Shown here piece after piece: positions 39,301-51,920 of a stretch of 64,000 nt of DNA. The notes under the pieces were generated by a model. It saw only the letters and a program-made list of their open reading frames with translations, did not search any database and was not told the DNA's origin. Position 1 is the stretch's first letter. Each line of letters opens with the position of its first letter. The translations under genes and the position numbers were made by a program. This DNA comes from Octopus vulgaris (lineage: Eukaryota), in contig OX597826.1 of NCBI GenBank assembly GCA_951406725.2, positions 45,756,001-45,820,000 of the forward strand, given 5' to 3'.

Positions 39301-42300
39301 TGACCAATTCTTTCTAAGTGGAACTTGAGAGGCGATATATGTGCAGAGAGAAGCCCATCGTGCGAGCGTATATGATCCTATATGTTTATAAAATGAATAA
39401 ACGAATGAAGAGATTGCTATCACATTTATTATCCGGTTGCGGTCGTTTCAATAACAGATGGGTTAGATAAATCCTTTAACATACTGGAATAAAATATAAA
39501 CAATGATTACGCAATTTCATAAAAGAAGCCTCTTTTCCAAGGCCATGGTGAGATGACAGGATCGGGATCCATTTAATAACGCATGAAATTACATAATCAT
39601 TGTTTATATTGGTTCTAGCATGTTAAATGATTTATCTCTCCCATCTGTTATTGAAACGATAGTTGGGTTATAAATGCAATACCAATATCTTAATTCTTTC
39701 TTTCATTTTATTTTATACTCCTGCCGTTGATATAAATTTCCTATATTTTCAGTTAGTATGGAATACTTTGTTTTACTGGATTGTTTGCTAGGATTTGCAT
39801 GATTGCTGACTGAGACAATAACCTGATTTTCATCCTGCTCCTTTATTTACTGTGTGTGTGTGTGTGTGTGTATTGGGTTGGTCAAAAAGATCGTTCTCTC
39901 TTTTTTTACAGGAAAATAATACAAGATTTAAACATAAAGCGATTTATTCAATCAATGATACAAATAAAATATAAACGCGCCCTTTTTAAAGCCTAGCCAG
40001 GCTCATGGGCCCGGTTTCCCGGTTTCTATGGCGTATGTGTTCCCCAGCTGGACGGGACGCCAGTCCATCGCAGCGTTACTCATTTTTGCCAGCTGAGTGG
40101 ACTGGAGCAACATGAAATGAAGTGTTTTGCTCAAGAACACAACGCGTCGCCCGGTCCAGGAATCGAAACCACAATCTTACGATCATGATGCTGACACTCT
40201 AACCACTAAGCCACGCGCCTCCACCAATCAATGATATAATTACCATTTAGTTTCGGTGTCTTCTGCATTGATGTGGGCAGACCCATTATTCTCTGATAAA
40301 AGAATTCCCTGTCTTTACTGGTGAAGAACTCTTCCAGTGAATTTATACATCCTCTTCAGAGTTGAAGGTCTGTCTATCCAATGAATTTTGAAAAGACCAA
40401 AACTGGTGGAAATCTGAAGGAACAAGGTCGGGCAAATATGGAAGGTGAAGCAAAACATCCCAGCGAATCTGCAGTAACGTCTGTCGCTTATGCCAAAAAA
40501 TGTATATTGTCGTGCCGAAAGACAATACCCATGCCAAGTTCTGGAGGCATCTGGTGAATCGCTGCATTTAATTGGTCCAGCTGCTCAAAGTAAGCATTCG
40601 AACTGATGGTCCTGTTTGCGGGAAGAAGCTCGTAAAACGATAAAATAAAAGCATAGTCTTCTTTGGGCGACGTCCTGCTTTGGAGGTTGTTTGTGGTAGG
40701 TTGCCACATTTCACCCCATCATCATTTGCGCTTAACATCATTATGTCTCCTCGTCTGCTACCTTTCTCTTCAATAACAGATCGTTTTCTTCACGCATCTT
40801 CAACGAATTGCAGATGGACATTCGTTGGGCCATGCCCCGCTCATTCAATTGATGCGGGAACCAAACATTGAGCTTGCTAATGTAACCAAGCTGATGCAGA
40901 CGTTTCCAACATTCGATTTGGATACTATGGGAAACCATACGACCATCCTGGTCGTTTAACAGGGGGTGGTGTCGACTAATTCCTTCACTTTGTCGCTATT
41001 AATCTCATATGACCAGGCAGAGCGTGGTGCTTCTTGAATAGAAGAATTTCCCAACCGAAATCTTAGAAATCTTTTCTGATATGTTCATTCTCTAATCCCG
41101 ACACAGCATTTGTCTTCTTGCAGGTTTCCGTTCCTCTTTGTTTTTAAAATATGAAAATAGCATGTCGTGTCGATAATATTTGTTTTGGTTCTCAATTTTC
41201 AAAGTGAAAGCAAACATACAAAATATAACCTGTCAAGTCGCAAGTTCGCGTCGAGCTACGTTAATGTATCTAACGAATACGCATGAGCAAAGATAAAAAG
41301 CGAACGAACTTGTTGACCAACCATATCTATCTACACACACACACACACACACACGCGCGCGCACACACACGACAAGCTTCTTTCAGTTTCAGTTCAGCAA
41401 ATTCACTCATAAATTTTGATCGACCTGAGGCTATAGTATAAGACACTTGCCCAAACTGTTACGCAATGGTACTGAACCTGGAACCATGTGGTTGGGAACC
41501 AAACTTTTACCATAGGACCTATCCTTTTTTATTATAGGCACAACAAGGCCTGAAGTTTCGGGGAAGAGGACTTGTTGATTACATCGACACCAATGCGGAA
41601 CTGGAACTTATTTCATCGATTCCCAAAAGGATGAAGAGTGATGTCGATCTCGGTGGAATTTGAACTCGAAACGTTAAGACGAACGAAATGCCCAATGCAT
41701 TTTGTCTGGTGTGCTGACAATCCTGGCAGCGCGCCGCTTTAATAATTAAAATAATAATCTATATGAGAAAATATTTATTTTGTAGGCACAATTATTCTAA
41801 TTTAACGAAATAATTGCACAGAATTTCGCTATATAAAAATTCTCTGCTTGTAGCCACTGGTGTGACTGAGTGGTAAGAAATTTCTTCCTACGCACATGGT
41901 TCGGGTTCAGTCCCTCTACGTGGCACCTTGGCAGATGTCTTCTACTATAGCCTCGGGCCGAATAAAGCCTTGTGAGAAGTAGATGGAAACTGAAAGAAGC
42001 TCATCGTGTATATATATATATATATGTGTGCGATTGTGTGTGTATGATGTGTGTGTATGATGGGTGTGTATATTTGTCATGCCTTCCCCACCGCTTGACA
42101 GCCTTCGTTGGCGTGTTTACGTTTCCATAACTTAACGGTTCGGCAAAAGAAAACGATAGAATAAGTACCTGGCTGTACAAAAATAATAAGATAAAATTAA
42201 GTACTGAGGTCAATTCGTTCAGCACCACCTGATAGGATTATCTAAATCCTTTTTTAAGTCAAGTTTTTCTTATGGTTCACTCAAGTAGTGATTTCTTGTT

Positions 42301-44887
42301 GAGTGAGTTTTATCCTGGAATGGGTGGCTTATCTGGTATTCCTTGAAGAAATGTGTCCAGACTCCGTTTAAAGGTGATGGGATCCTTTTCCTCTTTAATC
42401 AGTTTTGGGATAATGTTAAACAGGGCAGGGCTTGTTGAGGAAAAGAAATTATATCACAGTGTACCTATATGTTGTGACCCTGAATTGGGCAGGGGACATA
42501 TGGCCAGTGGTCCAAGCCTTGGATGAACCTTGAAACTAATACTCAGGTCATTTGGGAAATGCTGGCGTTATATTTTCCACTTCGTACAAATGATGTACCG
42601 CTCGCGGCGGTACTGGTGAGAGTAGAGTTACAAGGCTTTAAAGCTGTCCCAGTAATCGAGATCAGTCATGCCTTCAATTTGTTTAGTGAGTGCCCTCTGG
42701 GGTGATTCAATCCTCGAGATGTTTTGTTTTGTATGGGGAGACCACAAGGGGCAGCAGTATTCAAGGTGTGGCCGTACAAAGGAGGAGAAAAGTGGAATGA
42801 TGACACCTTGTTCTCTGGACCGGAAGGTTCTTAAGATCCAGGAGCTCATCCTACGAGCTATATCAAGCTCATTGTTGATGTGGGTACTCCAACTGTTATC
42901 AACAATTTCACCCATGTCTCTGATATTACTAGATGCCGTGAGCGGTTCCCCAGAAGGAAGAGAGTATGGCTATTTTAGTATAGACTTCCTTCCAAAATGC
43001 ATCAGTTCAAATTTTCCCTAGTTCAGTTGCATTTTGTTTTGTCTGCCCATTGACTCACTGCATATAGATTAGCTTGGAGTTAAGTCCGGTCTTCTTCATT
43101 GATAATTTGCTGGAGCTTAGTGTCATCAGCAAATATTTTCACTTTGCAGTGATTTACGACGCTGGAAAGGTCATTTATGTAAATTATAAAGAGGAGCGGG
43201 CCCAAGACAGTCCCCTGAGGGACACCACTGGTGACTTTTGTTGGGATTGAGTGGACTTCATCGAGCACAACTTCTTGTGTTCTATTCGCCAGGAAATACT
43301 TAATCCAGTGTAGAAGTTTTCCACGGATTCCAACATTTGCTAATTTTGAGAGTAAGATATTATGGTCAACCCTGTCGAACGCTTTACTGAAGTCATGATA
43401 TATGACATCAGAGTTTGAACCTGTTCCCAAGGCTTTAAGTATATCTTCAATGTGGTGTAAGAGCTGTCTTAGACAGTCCCTGCCACAGTGAAAGCCATGC
43501 TGATTTGCATTTAGGAGTTTGTGGGTCTCAAGGAAGTCAGCTATCCTTGATCTTACAAACCTTTCAAACACTAATGATGTGGGAGGTGAGCAGATTGGCG
43601 GTAGTTGACTGCGATTGGGCTGTTTCCCAATTTGAAAACCGGGATGAGACGGGCGGTAGTGACTGCGAGGGATCTGTTTCCCAATTTGAAAACCGGGATG
43701 ACAGACTGGGATAGGAGCTGTTTCGGTATATAACCTGAGTCTAAAGAATTTCTCCAGAGGTTGGTCAGAGGGACTGGAAGTTGGTGTTTACATTCCTTCA
43801 GGAGACTAGCTGGGAATCTATCAGGGCCTACAGTAGAATATGTCCGAGATTTTATGTTGGAAATCAACTTCGTTCGCTTCTGTTACGTCAATATCTGTGG
43901 GATCACTAAAGACAGAGCAGTATTGTTTCTGCAGTATTTCTGCCATTTCCATAGCATCGTGTTGAGGAATGCCGTAATCATCAATCAATGGCCCAATGGG
44001 TGAGACTGCGGTTCTATACTTATTTGCATAAGCGTAGAACACTTTTGGGTTCTGTTTGATGTTTTTGATTACCCACTGTTCCTCCGCAGCTCTTAATTTT
44101 CAATGGAGGTTTTCATGTCGGTCTGCAGATGAAGTTTTTCCAACTCCAGCCTTTTCATTGTTGTTGAATGTGGTTGTTGTATGTAGGAGTATTTTAATTG
44201 ATTGGTTTTTTAAATTGACTCTTTTGATGCGCCTGATGAGTGGTTTTTTTTTCTTTTTAGGTAGCCGGTTTCTGTTTGTGTTAGTGGATTTCGTAGGAGC
44301 GTGTTTTGAGCATGTACAGGTGACAATGTTCTCAAAGTGTTGCCATGCGGTCTTAATATGAGTGGAACTGAGAGTGAAAGACCAGTCGATGAAGGACAGA
44401 TTCTTTCTAATTGCTCCCCAGTCCGCTTTGTGGGAATTTATGTTGTCAAATGAGTGCCGTGGAGTAGGACTGGCTGGTTTGGTTTTGATATGCCGGGAAT
44501 TAAAATTGCTGAGTATCATGTCGTGGTCTGAGAGGAGAGTTTTTTTTCAACTGAAATACTGTGAACGGAACTAGAGTGGGTTGTTAATATTAGATCCAAG
44601 ATCATTTTATTCTGTCTTGTTAGTTCAAGCACTAGCTGAGTCAGGAAGAATTTATCCATTAGATTAAAGAGTAATTCGCTGGCAGTATGTTAATGGTACT
44701 TTTATTCTCGAGCCCTTTGGGATGGAATATTATTGTCTGCTACGTTTAAATCAAAGCCAAACTTTGCAAGAGGAATTTGGTAAAAATACTGAGCAGATTC
44801 TTTCTTTCTTTCTTTCTTTCTCTCTTTCTTTGTTTCTCTCTCTTTCTTTCTTTCTTTCTCTCTTTCTTTCTTTTTTCTTTCCTTCTT

Positions 44888-44932
<45 letters not shown>

Positions 44933-46255
44933 CCCTCTCTCTCTCACTTAAGTATCAAGGGATTAATAATCATTATTATGTTAACTTCTTGAGCACGATT
45001 TCTAGTCTTGCAATTTTATCACCGGCAACTATTGGAACTTTATATTCGCTTGTTCGCTGCATCTTTCAGCAAAAATATATAATGTTCCCATTTTTATCAT
45101 TACGGATTCGCACGCAAACAAACAACGACATACAAGCATCGCGACAAATATACTCTTCAGGTTGAACAATATTTGTGAGAGGGACTTGGTAAACATACTG
45201 AACAGATGCTATGTCTCGCGTGTACACACACACACATATATCACACGTAGATACACTTCTGTTTGCACATATTCACAAACACATCTATACATATACGCAT
45301 TCACTGATAAATGCATACACACTCACACGCACACATTTATACACACATACAAAAATGTACAGAGATATAGCTGGGACCTTTTCGGTTTGAACGGCAGTTT
45401 TTCTAGCGGTGTTATATGAAATTGTCACCCATAATTATGACCCTAGTATCGATCTATTGCATTTCAATCTGTTTTAGGGTTAGGATTAGAGTTAGGGTTA
45501 GGGGTGGGGGGAAGGGTATCTTTTTTTCTTCAGAAATCTAAATAAACCCAACCTGTTTCTTAAACGAGGGACATATTCAAACGACACAGAATGTTTTCAC
45601 ATCAATAGACGTCATTGATTGGTTAAAATTGCAGAAATTGAAGAAAAAAAACAACAAATATCTTACAAACTATAGAATTTTCTCTATAATGCCAAGAGAA
45701 AAAGATGTTTCATAAACACATTCTTCCAGTATATGAAGTTTAAAAGTGTTTAGTTACGTGGAAATTATTTTAAAAAACTGCCGTTCAAACCGAAAAGATC
45801 CTATAGCTGAATACACATACACGCAATACTACTATATATACACAGATGCATACAGACGTGTGTGCGCGTTCAGTTCCATGTCTGTGCTTTTGTCAGTCAA
45901 GAAACCATTGTTAATAGTGCCCCATTATTTTCCGTAACATAAGCAGTTCCACACATGAATCAATAAAATAAGTTTCACACTAAAATAAATAAAAAGATCG
46001 ATACGATTAATTAAAATCCCATCCAAGTTCAGTCCGGTGTCTCAAAATGGTGATAACCCTAAGACTGAAACTAGGCTAAGAATCAACGAATATACGTATA
46101 TACAAGCATATTACAGAGAGGTGGTTGACTTTAGTTGTCCGTTGACGTAAACATGAGGAACATAAAGAGTCGAACTTACCGTTTACATGTAAAAACTCCT
46201 GCAAGTCTTTCAGTGATGTCAATTTGTTTACTTTTTGTCGTTCCCTTTCTGGAAT
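26922..46255 (-). CDS. PDGF/VEGF-related growth factor (PVF / VEGF-like), spliced gene, 5'-incomplete model: join(46180-46255, 36865-36888, 33220-33407, 32076-32368, 26922-27333) on the minus strand
   Basis: All four junctions are GT-AG with matching phases (1,1,0,2) and give one open frame: IPERERQKVNKLTSLKDLQEFLHVN-DGDFQYAS-TNEIVNADFCSPRLTTIEIPQPTEYNKYYWPKCTRVKRCGGCAEHESLACVPTAKGKVFKKVQ-VVRLNYD...LETHTDCEQVCK...CSCRC...CRCTC...LCT-CQHYRG...NGLCGCKPNFG*. WPKCTRVKRCGGC...LACVPT matches the PDGF/VEGF signature PxCxxxxRCxGC. Confidence 0.9.
30495..30666. mobile_element. 172-bp MITE with GG..CC termini and 8-bp TSD (Merlin-type)
   Basis: TIRs ggcgaaccttcggtataggtac / gtacttataccgaagttacgcc. TSD ATTTTATT at 30487-30494 and 30667-30674. 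Internal ccctaaccctaacc. Confidence 0.75.
32076..32368 (-). CDS. PVF gene exon, C-terminal half of PDGF/VEGF domain plus CXCXC cysteine-rich repeats
   Basis: Acceptor ccatcctttag|GTT and donor TGCAC|gtaagt. Encodes HTDCEQVC...CSCRC...WNKKTCRCTC...C...FNKILC, resembling the VEGF-C/D silk-like (Balbiani ring 3 type) repeats. Confidence 0.92.
33220..33407 (-). CDS. PVF gene exon, N-terminal half of PDGF/VEGF domain
   Basis: Acceptor ctttttttgtag|CA and donor CAA|gtaagt. Encodes FCSPRLTTIEIP...WPKCTRVKRCGGCAEHESLACVPT. Confidence 0.93.
34612..35118 (-). mobile_element. composite retroposon: extra tRNA-like unit plus SINE A dimer, 23-bp TSD
   Basis: ctaaactaaatagtattatacca at 34589-34611 and 35119-35141 brackets both parts. 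Confidence 0.7.
35146..35367 (+). mobile_element. SINE family A monomer, 16-bp TSD
   Basis: agtattataccattaa lies on both sides. Confidence 0.85.
36181..36690. mobile_element. 510-bp Tc1/mariner-pogo-type MITE with TA TSD
   Basis: TA|CCGTAAATCCTCGTGTATAATCCGC ... GCGGACTATACTCGAGGATTTACGG|TA. Confidence 0.85.
36865..36888 (-). CDS. PVF gene 24-nt microexon ([D]GDFQYAS[T])
   Basis: Long pyrimidine tract ending cctgtttttcag, then ATGGCGATTTCCAATATGCCAGTA|gtaagt. Phase 1-1, keeps the frame into exon 33220-33407. Confidence 0.7.
37037..37053 (-). CDS. candidate 17-nt microexon of the PVF gene
   Basis: tttatctctctgttcag|ACAGTTTAGCTTGAAAA|gtaagt. With the 11-nt and 24-nt exons it reads SRLEQFSLKNGDFQYAST without a stop. 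Confidence 0.4.
37201..37211 (-). CDS. candidate 11-nt microexon of the PVF gene
   Basis: gtttgtttttcttaacag|TCGAGACTTGA|gtgagt. Strong acceptor and donor 11 nt apart. Confidence 0.4.
38600..38985. repeat. unclassified ~380-bp interspersed repeat; inverted second copy at ~57860-58230
   Basis: Shared segments such as gaaaccgacctattttcca...acagattcag...tagcaaatattctgctca match the reverse complement of the 58-kb region. Confidence 0.7.
39385..39718. repeat. foldback inverted repeat, ~135-bp arms
   Basis: tcgtttcaataacagatggg...aatataaacaatgatta...aatttcat versus atgaaatt...taatcattgtttatatt...cccatctgttattgaaacga. Confidence 0.75.
39872..41323 (-). mobile_element. decayed mariner DNA transposon (transposase pseudogene)
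   Basis: TIRs ggttggtcaaaaagatcgttc / gaacgaacttgttgaccaacc. Frameshifted peptides LHQLGYISKLNVWFPHQL (WVPHEL motif), YELLPANRTISSNAYFEQLDQL and WDVLLHLPYLPDLVPSDFH (YSPDLAPSD motif). Confidence 0.88.
39961..40224 (-). mobile_element. tRNA-derived SINE family C nested in the mariner, 12-bp TSD
   Basis: caatcaatgata at 39949-39960 and 40225-40236. tRNA-like head plus a CORE-like gttgtgttcttgagcaaaacactt segment. Confidence 0.85.
42229..44575 (-). mobile_element. 5'-truncated CR1-clade LINE with frameshifted ORF2 (reverse transcriptase)
   Basis: QHGF..GRDCL, DFSKAFDRVDH, VTSGVPQGTVLGPLLFIIYINDL, KIFADDTKL and RPHLEYCCPLWSPH are split across ORFs 44100-44519, 43821-44042, 43571-43867, 43080-43571 and 42628-42915. 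Internal ~54-bp tandem duplication at 43597-43700. Confidence 0.92.
45374..45801. mobile_element. 428-bp MITE with GG..CC termini and 8-bp TSD TATAGCTG (Merlin-type)
   Basis: TIRs ggaccttttcggtttgaacggcagttttt / aaaaactgccgttcaaaccgaaaagatcc. TSD at 45366-45373 and 45802-45809. Internal ttagggttagg. Confidence 0.85.
46180..46255 (-). CDS. PVF gene exon, PDGF-propeptide-like segment (IPERERQKVNKLTSLKDLQEFLHVN)
   Basis: Acceptor ttctattgcag|ATT and donor AACG|gtaagt. The 76-nt exon runs phase 0 to 1. The peptide resembles the vertebrate PDGF-A propeptide (IP...S..DLQ..L). Confidence 0.75.
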
Positions 46256-47367
46256 CTGCAATAGAATACAGATAAAATAAAATAGTAACGCCACAAAATA
46301 CGAATATTCTTGCATGTTTATACGAAAATTCGTTGTCTCTGCTATAGGGGAAAAGAATTCACTGATGTTGCGAATAGCCGCCTGTCTGAATAAAATCCGG
46401 TATATGCAAATGAAGCAGTAGCCTTTTGACTGTGAGGAAACATGCGTGGCTCAATGGTTAAAGCGCCCGGTTCACAATCATGAGGTAGTGAGTTCGATTC
46501 TCGGACCGGGCTCTGCGTTGTGTTCTTGAGCAAGACATTTTATTTCACATCGCTCCAGTTCACTCAGCTGTAGAAATGAGCTGTGACATCCTTCGGCTTT
46601 CCCTTGGATACCATCGGTGGCGTGGAGATGAGAGGTTGGTATGCATGGGTGACTGCTGGTCTTCCATAAACAACCTTGCTCGGACGTGTACCTCGGAGAG
46701 GAACTTTCTATGTACAATCCCACGGTCATTCATGACCGAAGGGGGTCTTTATCATTTTTACACTAATCATTAAGTATGGCTGTTTTAATTTAATACCGCT
46801 TGAATTGTGTATACCACACTTCAGTAACTAATTATTTCCTTTGCTTTCACTTGAGATATAGCACTTCCTAAAAACAGTAATCAGTACAGGTGAGTATCTA
46901 ATTTGTCTTTTTACTCAAACGTGTATGCAACATGACTACTAAAGAAAGAAAACTCCAAAAGAAATAGGCACAGGCATGACTGTGTGATACTACAGCATGA
47001 CTTGCTTCTCAACCACATGGTTCTGGGTTCAGTCCCAATGCGTGGCACCTTGGGCGAGTGTCTTCTACTATAGCCTCGAGCCGACCAAAGCTTTGTGAGG
47101 GAATTTGGTAGCCGAAAACTAAAAGAAGCCCGTCTTATATGTGAGTGTGTGTGTATTTTTGTGTCTGAGTTTGTCCCTCCCCCCACCTCCTCTATCGCTT
47201 GACAACCGATGTTGGTGTGTTTACGTCCCCCGTAACTTAGCGGTTCGGCAAAAGACACCGATAGAATAAGTACTATGCTTACGGAAAATAAGTCCTGGGG
47301 TAGAATTGTTCGACTAAAGGCGGTGCTGCAGCATGGCCACAGTCAAACGACTGAAACAAGTAAAAGA

Positions 47368-47437
<70 letters not shown>

Positions 47438-48205
47438 TGAAAGATTGACCAACATTTTTCGTACAATAAGTGTACATTTTCCAGCTTATGCAGTAAAATT
47501 TTCTTAAATACCGTTTTAAAGAATTCCTCTTAATTCCACATGACCCTCCAGTATAAAATTTCTCTCCAACCCTATGGTTTGTGTGTTTTTACTGATGCAA
47601 AGGAGGAGCTAATTTGTCAGGTTTCCAAAGCTGAATATTTCTGAGAATCCTGTTTATACAGAATGTGCAGGCCTACTGGAATGTGTTTATATTGTGTTTC
47701 ACAAAAGATGTCAGCTGTAAATGGAGGTGCAGAATTGTAATACCAGTCAAAGAGTTTAACGGTTTAGAATTCACAATTGCATTGCTTGGGTTGAAAATCT
47801 CATTTACGTTTGTCTCAACCAATTAAAGATGACGTGTGCGAAGCAGAGAGAAGATAGAACAGCAGTTCTTGCAGTCGCATATCTGCTTATTGTTTGTTAT
47901 TATGCTTTTGCTACAATTCCAGACTGTTGATTGGAGCAAGGCCGATCGATTTCCTATTTTCGTGTTCACAATGATATACCATGTGAAGAAAAAGATGTTT
48001 GCATCTGTCAGTGCGAACTGTGGACCAAAATTTATAGACAGGTGTAGGCAGGGTTATTTGGTTAAGAAGTTCTCTTGGCCACAACGTGGTTTGGGGTTTA
48101 GCTTCCTTGTGCCGTATCATGGGGAAGTATCTACAACTATAGCCCCAGACCGACTAATGCTTAGTGGATGAATTTGATGGACAGGAAACTATGTGGAAGC
48201 CCGCC

Positions 48206-48261
<56 letters not shown>

Positions 48262-48596
48262 TCAAAAGACATAGTAAGTATGTCTACCTGCTTGAAATAA
48301 CAGTCAAAACTCTTATTAAATCGCCAAAAATACACTGATGATAACTACAGAAATCAAATGAAGGCAAAATCAGGTTAAGGCAATCTACTAACATACATTT
48401 AAGTATCTGAACCCACGTGGACCGGTTTCTGCACTGGCAAAATAAGCCTTAGCTTCTTCAGCACGCGTTACAATGATTAGAGATTCCCAACCCATCGTTT
48501 TGAAGTCTGTGCTGCAATTGATTCGTTTTGCGCCGAAATCACAGCAGCCACCAGTGTAAAATAATCTCGATACAATTTACGAGAAAAATAATTCAG

Positions 48597-48691
48597 GAAA
48601 AATTAGTTTGCGAAGGTGTCATTAATTCTATTAATTCTATTATACATTGGATAATAATAGAATTAATGACACCTTCACAAATTAATTTTTC
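48597..48691. repeat. inverted repeat (37-bp arms)
   Basis: gaaaaattagtttgcgaaggtgtcattaattctatta / taatagaattaatgacaccttcacaaattaatttttc. Confidence 0.8.
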
Positions 48692-50675
48692 GTATATATA
48701 TATGTGTGTGTGTGTGTGTTCCCGCGACTACTTGACAACCGATGTTTTTGTTTTCTTTTTTTACGTCCCTATAATTTAGCAGTTTGGCAAGAGAAAGCAA
48801 TAGAATATGTACCAGACTTAAGTATTGGGGTCGATTTGTTCGACTAAACCCTTCAAAGCAGCGCTCCAGCATGGCCGGATTTCAGTATCAGAAACAAGTA
48901 GAAGATGATAGAAAAAAAAAACGAATGTTCTTCTTTGTTCTTTTTTTAAAATTCTTTTATTTGTTTCAGTCATTTAACTGCGGTCATGCTGGAGCACCGC
49001 CTTTAGTCGAACAGATCGACCCCAGGACTTATTCCTTGTAAGCCTAGTACTTATTCTATCGGTCTCTTTTGCCGAACCGCTAAGTTACGGGGACATAAAC
49101 ACACCAGCATCGGTTGTGAAGCGATGTTGGGGGGGGGGGGCAAACACATATACGACAAGCTTCTTTCTGTTTCCGTCTATTAAACCCACTCACAAAGCTT
49201 TGGTCGGCCCGAAGGTGCCACGCAGTGGGACTGAACTCGGAACCAAGCTACTTATCATACAGTCACTCCTGTGCCTCTACACAGAATAGCAAAGACAAAT
49301 GACAGTGCGTAAGAGTATCATTCTACAAAGAGACAGACAGAGCGACAGACAGACAGACAGACAAGCCTCCCTGTAGAGATGTTGTGTCTTGTTGGTCACG
49401 GTTTTCCTAAACCATTTAAATTAGCAACTGATATTAAGAGTCACCACAGAACACGTGGTCGTGTGACAGTAGACAGAAACTGATCAGAACATAATCCTTT
49501 CTACTATAGGCTCAAAACTGGCGTTTTAGGGGAGGGGGATAGTCGATTACATCGTCCCCGAAAGGGTGAAAAGGCAAAGTCGACCTGATCAGAATTTGAA
49601 CTTAGAACGTAAAGACGGACGAAATGCCGGTAAGTATTTGGCGCTCGGTGTGATACCGATTCTTATTTCTTTACTGCACGCAAGGAGCTACACAGAGAGG
49701 GGACAAACAAGGACAAACAAACGGATTAATTCGATTATGTCGACCCTAGTGCGTAACTGGTACTTATTTAATCGACCCCGAAAGGATGAAAGGCAAAGTC
49801 GACCTCGGCGTAATTTGAACTCAGAACGTAGCGGCAGACGAAATACCTATTTCTTTACTACCCACAAGGGGCTAAACACAGAGAGGACAAGCAAGGACAG
49901 ACAAACGGATTAAGTCGATTATATCGAGTCCAGTGTGTAACTGGTACTTATTTAATCGTCCCCGAAAGGATGAAAGGCAAAGTCGACCTCGGCGGAATTT
50001 GAACTCAGAACGTAGCGGTAGACGAATTACAGCTACGAATTTTGCCCGGCGCGCTAACGTTTCTGCCAGCTCATCACCTGAACCGGAACATAGATAATGG
50101 ATGGCTATCAAATGATAAGATGCATCACGTACGAATATGTGGCGGGGATAAAATCACGCACACACACACACATGCTTAGCCATCGCTCAAAACTGAATAA
50201 TTTCGGTGGTATGTACGACGATTTCGCTAATTGTTTTCAGTGTCAGTAAAGTTACGGGCAAATAAAGACACTCTTGAAGCCCTCCCTTGATCACGCAGAA
50301 CATTGTAGAAGGTAAGAGGGCTGCACTAGCAGTCAGTTGTTATTTATTTTCAACAAAGGAAAGAAGAGTTGCTTTTCGTAGTGTCTTGTTATATTTGTTT
50401 TATTGTGAGAAACAACCACATTGAAAACACGTGACCAGCAACGCTATTGTTCTCAAATTGTTATTATAAAAGATATATTATTTTATTTGTCTCAGTCATT
50501 TTGACTGCGGCCATCGAGCAAATCGACCTCAGGACTTATTCTTTACAAGCCTAGTACTTATTCTATCGGTCACTCTTGCTGAACCGCTAAGTGACGGGGA
50601 CGTAAACAAACCACCATCGGTCGTCAAGCGATGTTGGGGGGACAAACACAGACGCACAAACAAACACACACACAC

Positions 50676-50721
<46 letters not shown>

Positions 50722-51344
50722 GACGAGCTTCTTTCAGTTTCCATCTACCAAATCCACTAACAAGGCTTTGGTCGGCCCGAGGGTACAGTAGAAGACACTT
50801 GTCTAAGGTGCCACGCAGTGGGACTGAACCCAGAACCATGTGGTTGGTAAGCAAGCTACTTACCACACAGCCACTCCTGCGCCTATATAGGTAAAAAAAA
50901 ATTGGAGAAGCTTCTTCGTGCTAAACACTTGTGTCTAAGATACCAGAACTGCCTTCTTTTCATGACATACGAACTTATTTTACGAATCTTTTATGTTGCC
51001 AAGGCAGACCACGGCCAATTGCCACGGGCTTATCATTCTTCTCATTACCCAATAAAACTTTCTCAGTACATGTTGTTTTACTAGAAAATGCAATGAAGTA
51101 AATACAAGCATCAAATGAAACGATGTTCAGTTGAGTGTTTTTTAATTAAATAATCTGTTTCGTCAGAATTTTGTCTGTGTTTATAGTGCTTGTACATGCC
51201 CTGCAAAAAGGGGCCATGACGTGAAAGGAACGGAATGAGATAGAGAGCTGGTGAAAAAAAAAAGGGTATGTGGGATATAACAATGGCGTCGAGAGCGATT
51301 AGGAGGAAGAACAGAAAGGGATCAATAGAGAGGAACAGAGAGAA

Positions 51345-51920
51345 AGTGTGTGTATGTGTGTGAGCATGTGTGTGTATGTATGTGAGCGTGTGTGTGTATG
51401 TATGTGTGTGTGTGTGTATGTGAGCGTGTGAGTGTATGTATGTGAGCGTGTGAGTGTGTGTGTATGTGGATGCGCGTGTATGTGAGCGCATGTGTGTGGT
51501 GAACGTGTGTGTGTGTGAGCGTGTGTGTATGTATGTGAGCATGTTTGTGTATGTATGTGAGCATGTGTGTGTATATATGTGAGCATGTGTGTGTATGTAT
51601 GTGAGCGTGTGTGTGTATGTATGTGAGCGTGTGTGTGTATGCGTGTGTGTATATGTGTGTGTGTGTGAGAGAGCGTGCGAACATGTGTGTAAGTGCATGT
51701 GTGTATGTGAGCGCATGTGTGTGTGTACGTGTTAGAGTGAGTACATCTGAGAGCGTGTTAGAGCGTCTTTGTGTGAGTGTGTGTGTCTGTATATGTGTGA
51801 ATATGGGTGTATATGCATGTGTGAGTGTGGATGTATGTGTGTATGAGTGTGGGTAGGTGTGAGTGTGGGAGTGTGTCTATGTATGGGGAGGGGGTGGGGG
51901 TAAATGGGTGTGAGTGTGCG
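51345..51920. repeat. degenerate (GT)n / gtatgtgagc compound minisatellite
   Basis: Read directly. Source of the His/Thr pseudo-ORFs 51111-51716. Confidence 0.9.

Noticed and set aside
45474-45503. TTAGGG repeats as interstitial telomere
   Set aside because: Only a few units, internal to a MITE family (also at about 30568 and 58566).
49277-49321. MILLRTVICLCYSV as the missing PVF first coding exon
   Set aside because: Very short, only a weak gtgtag donor, and an in-frame stop follows immediately.
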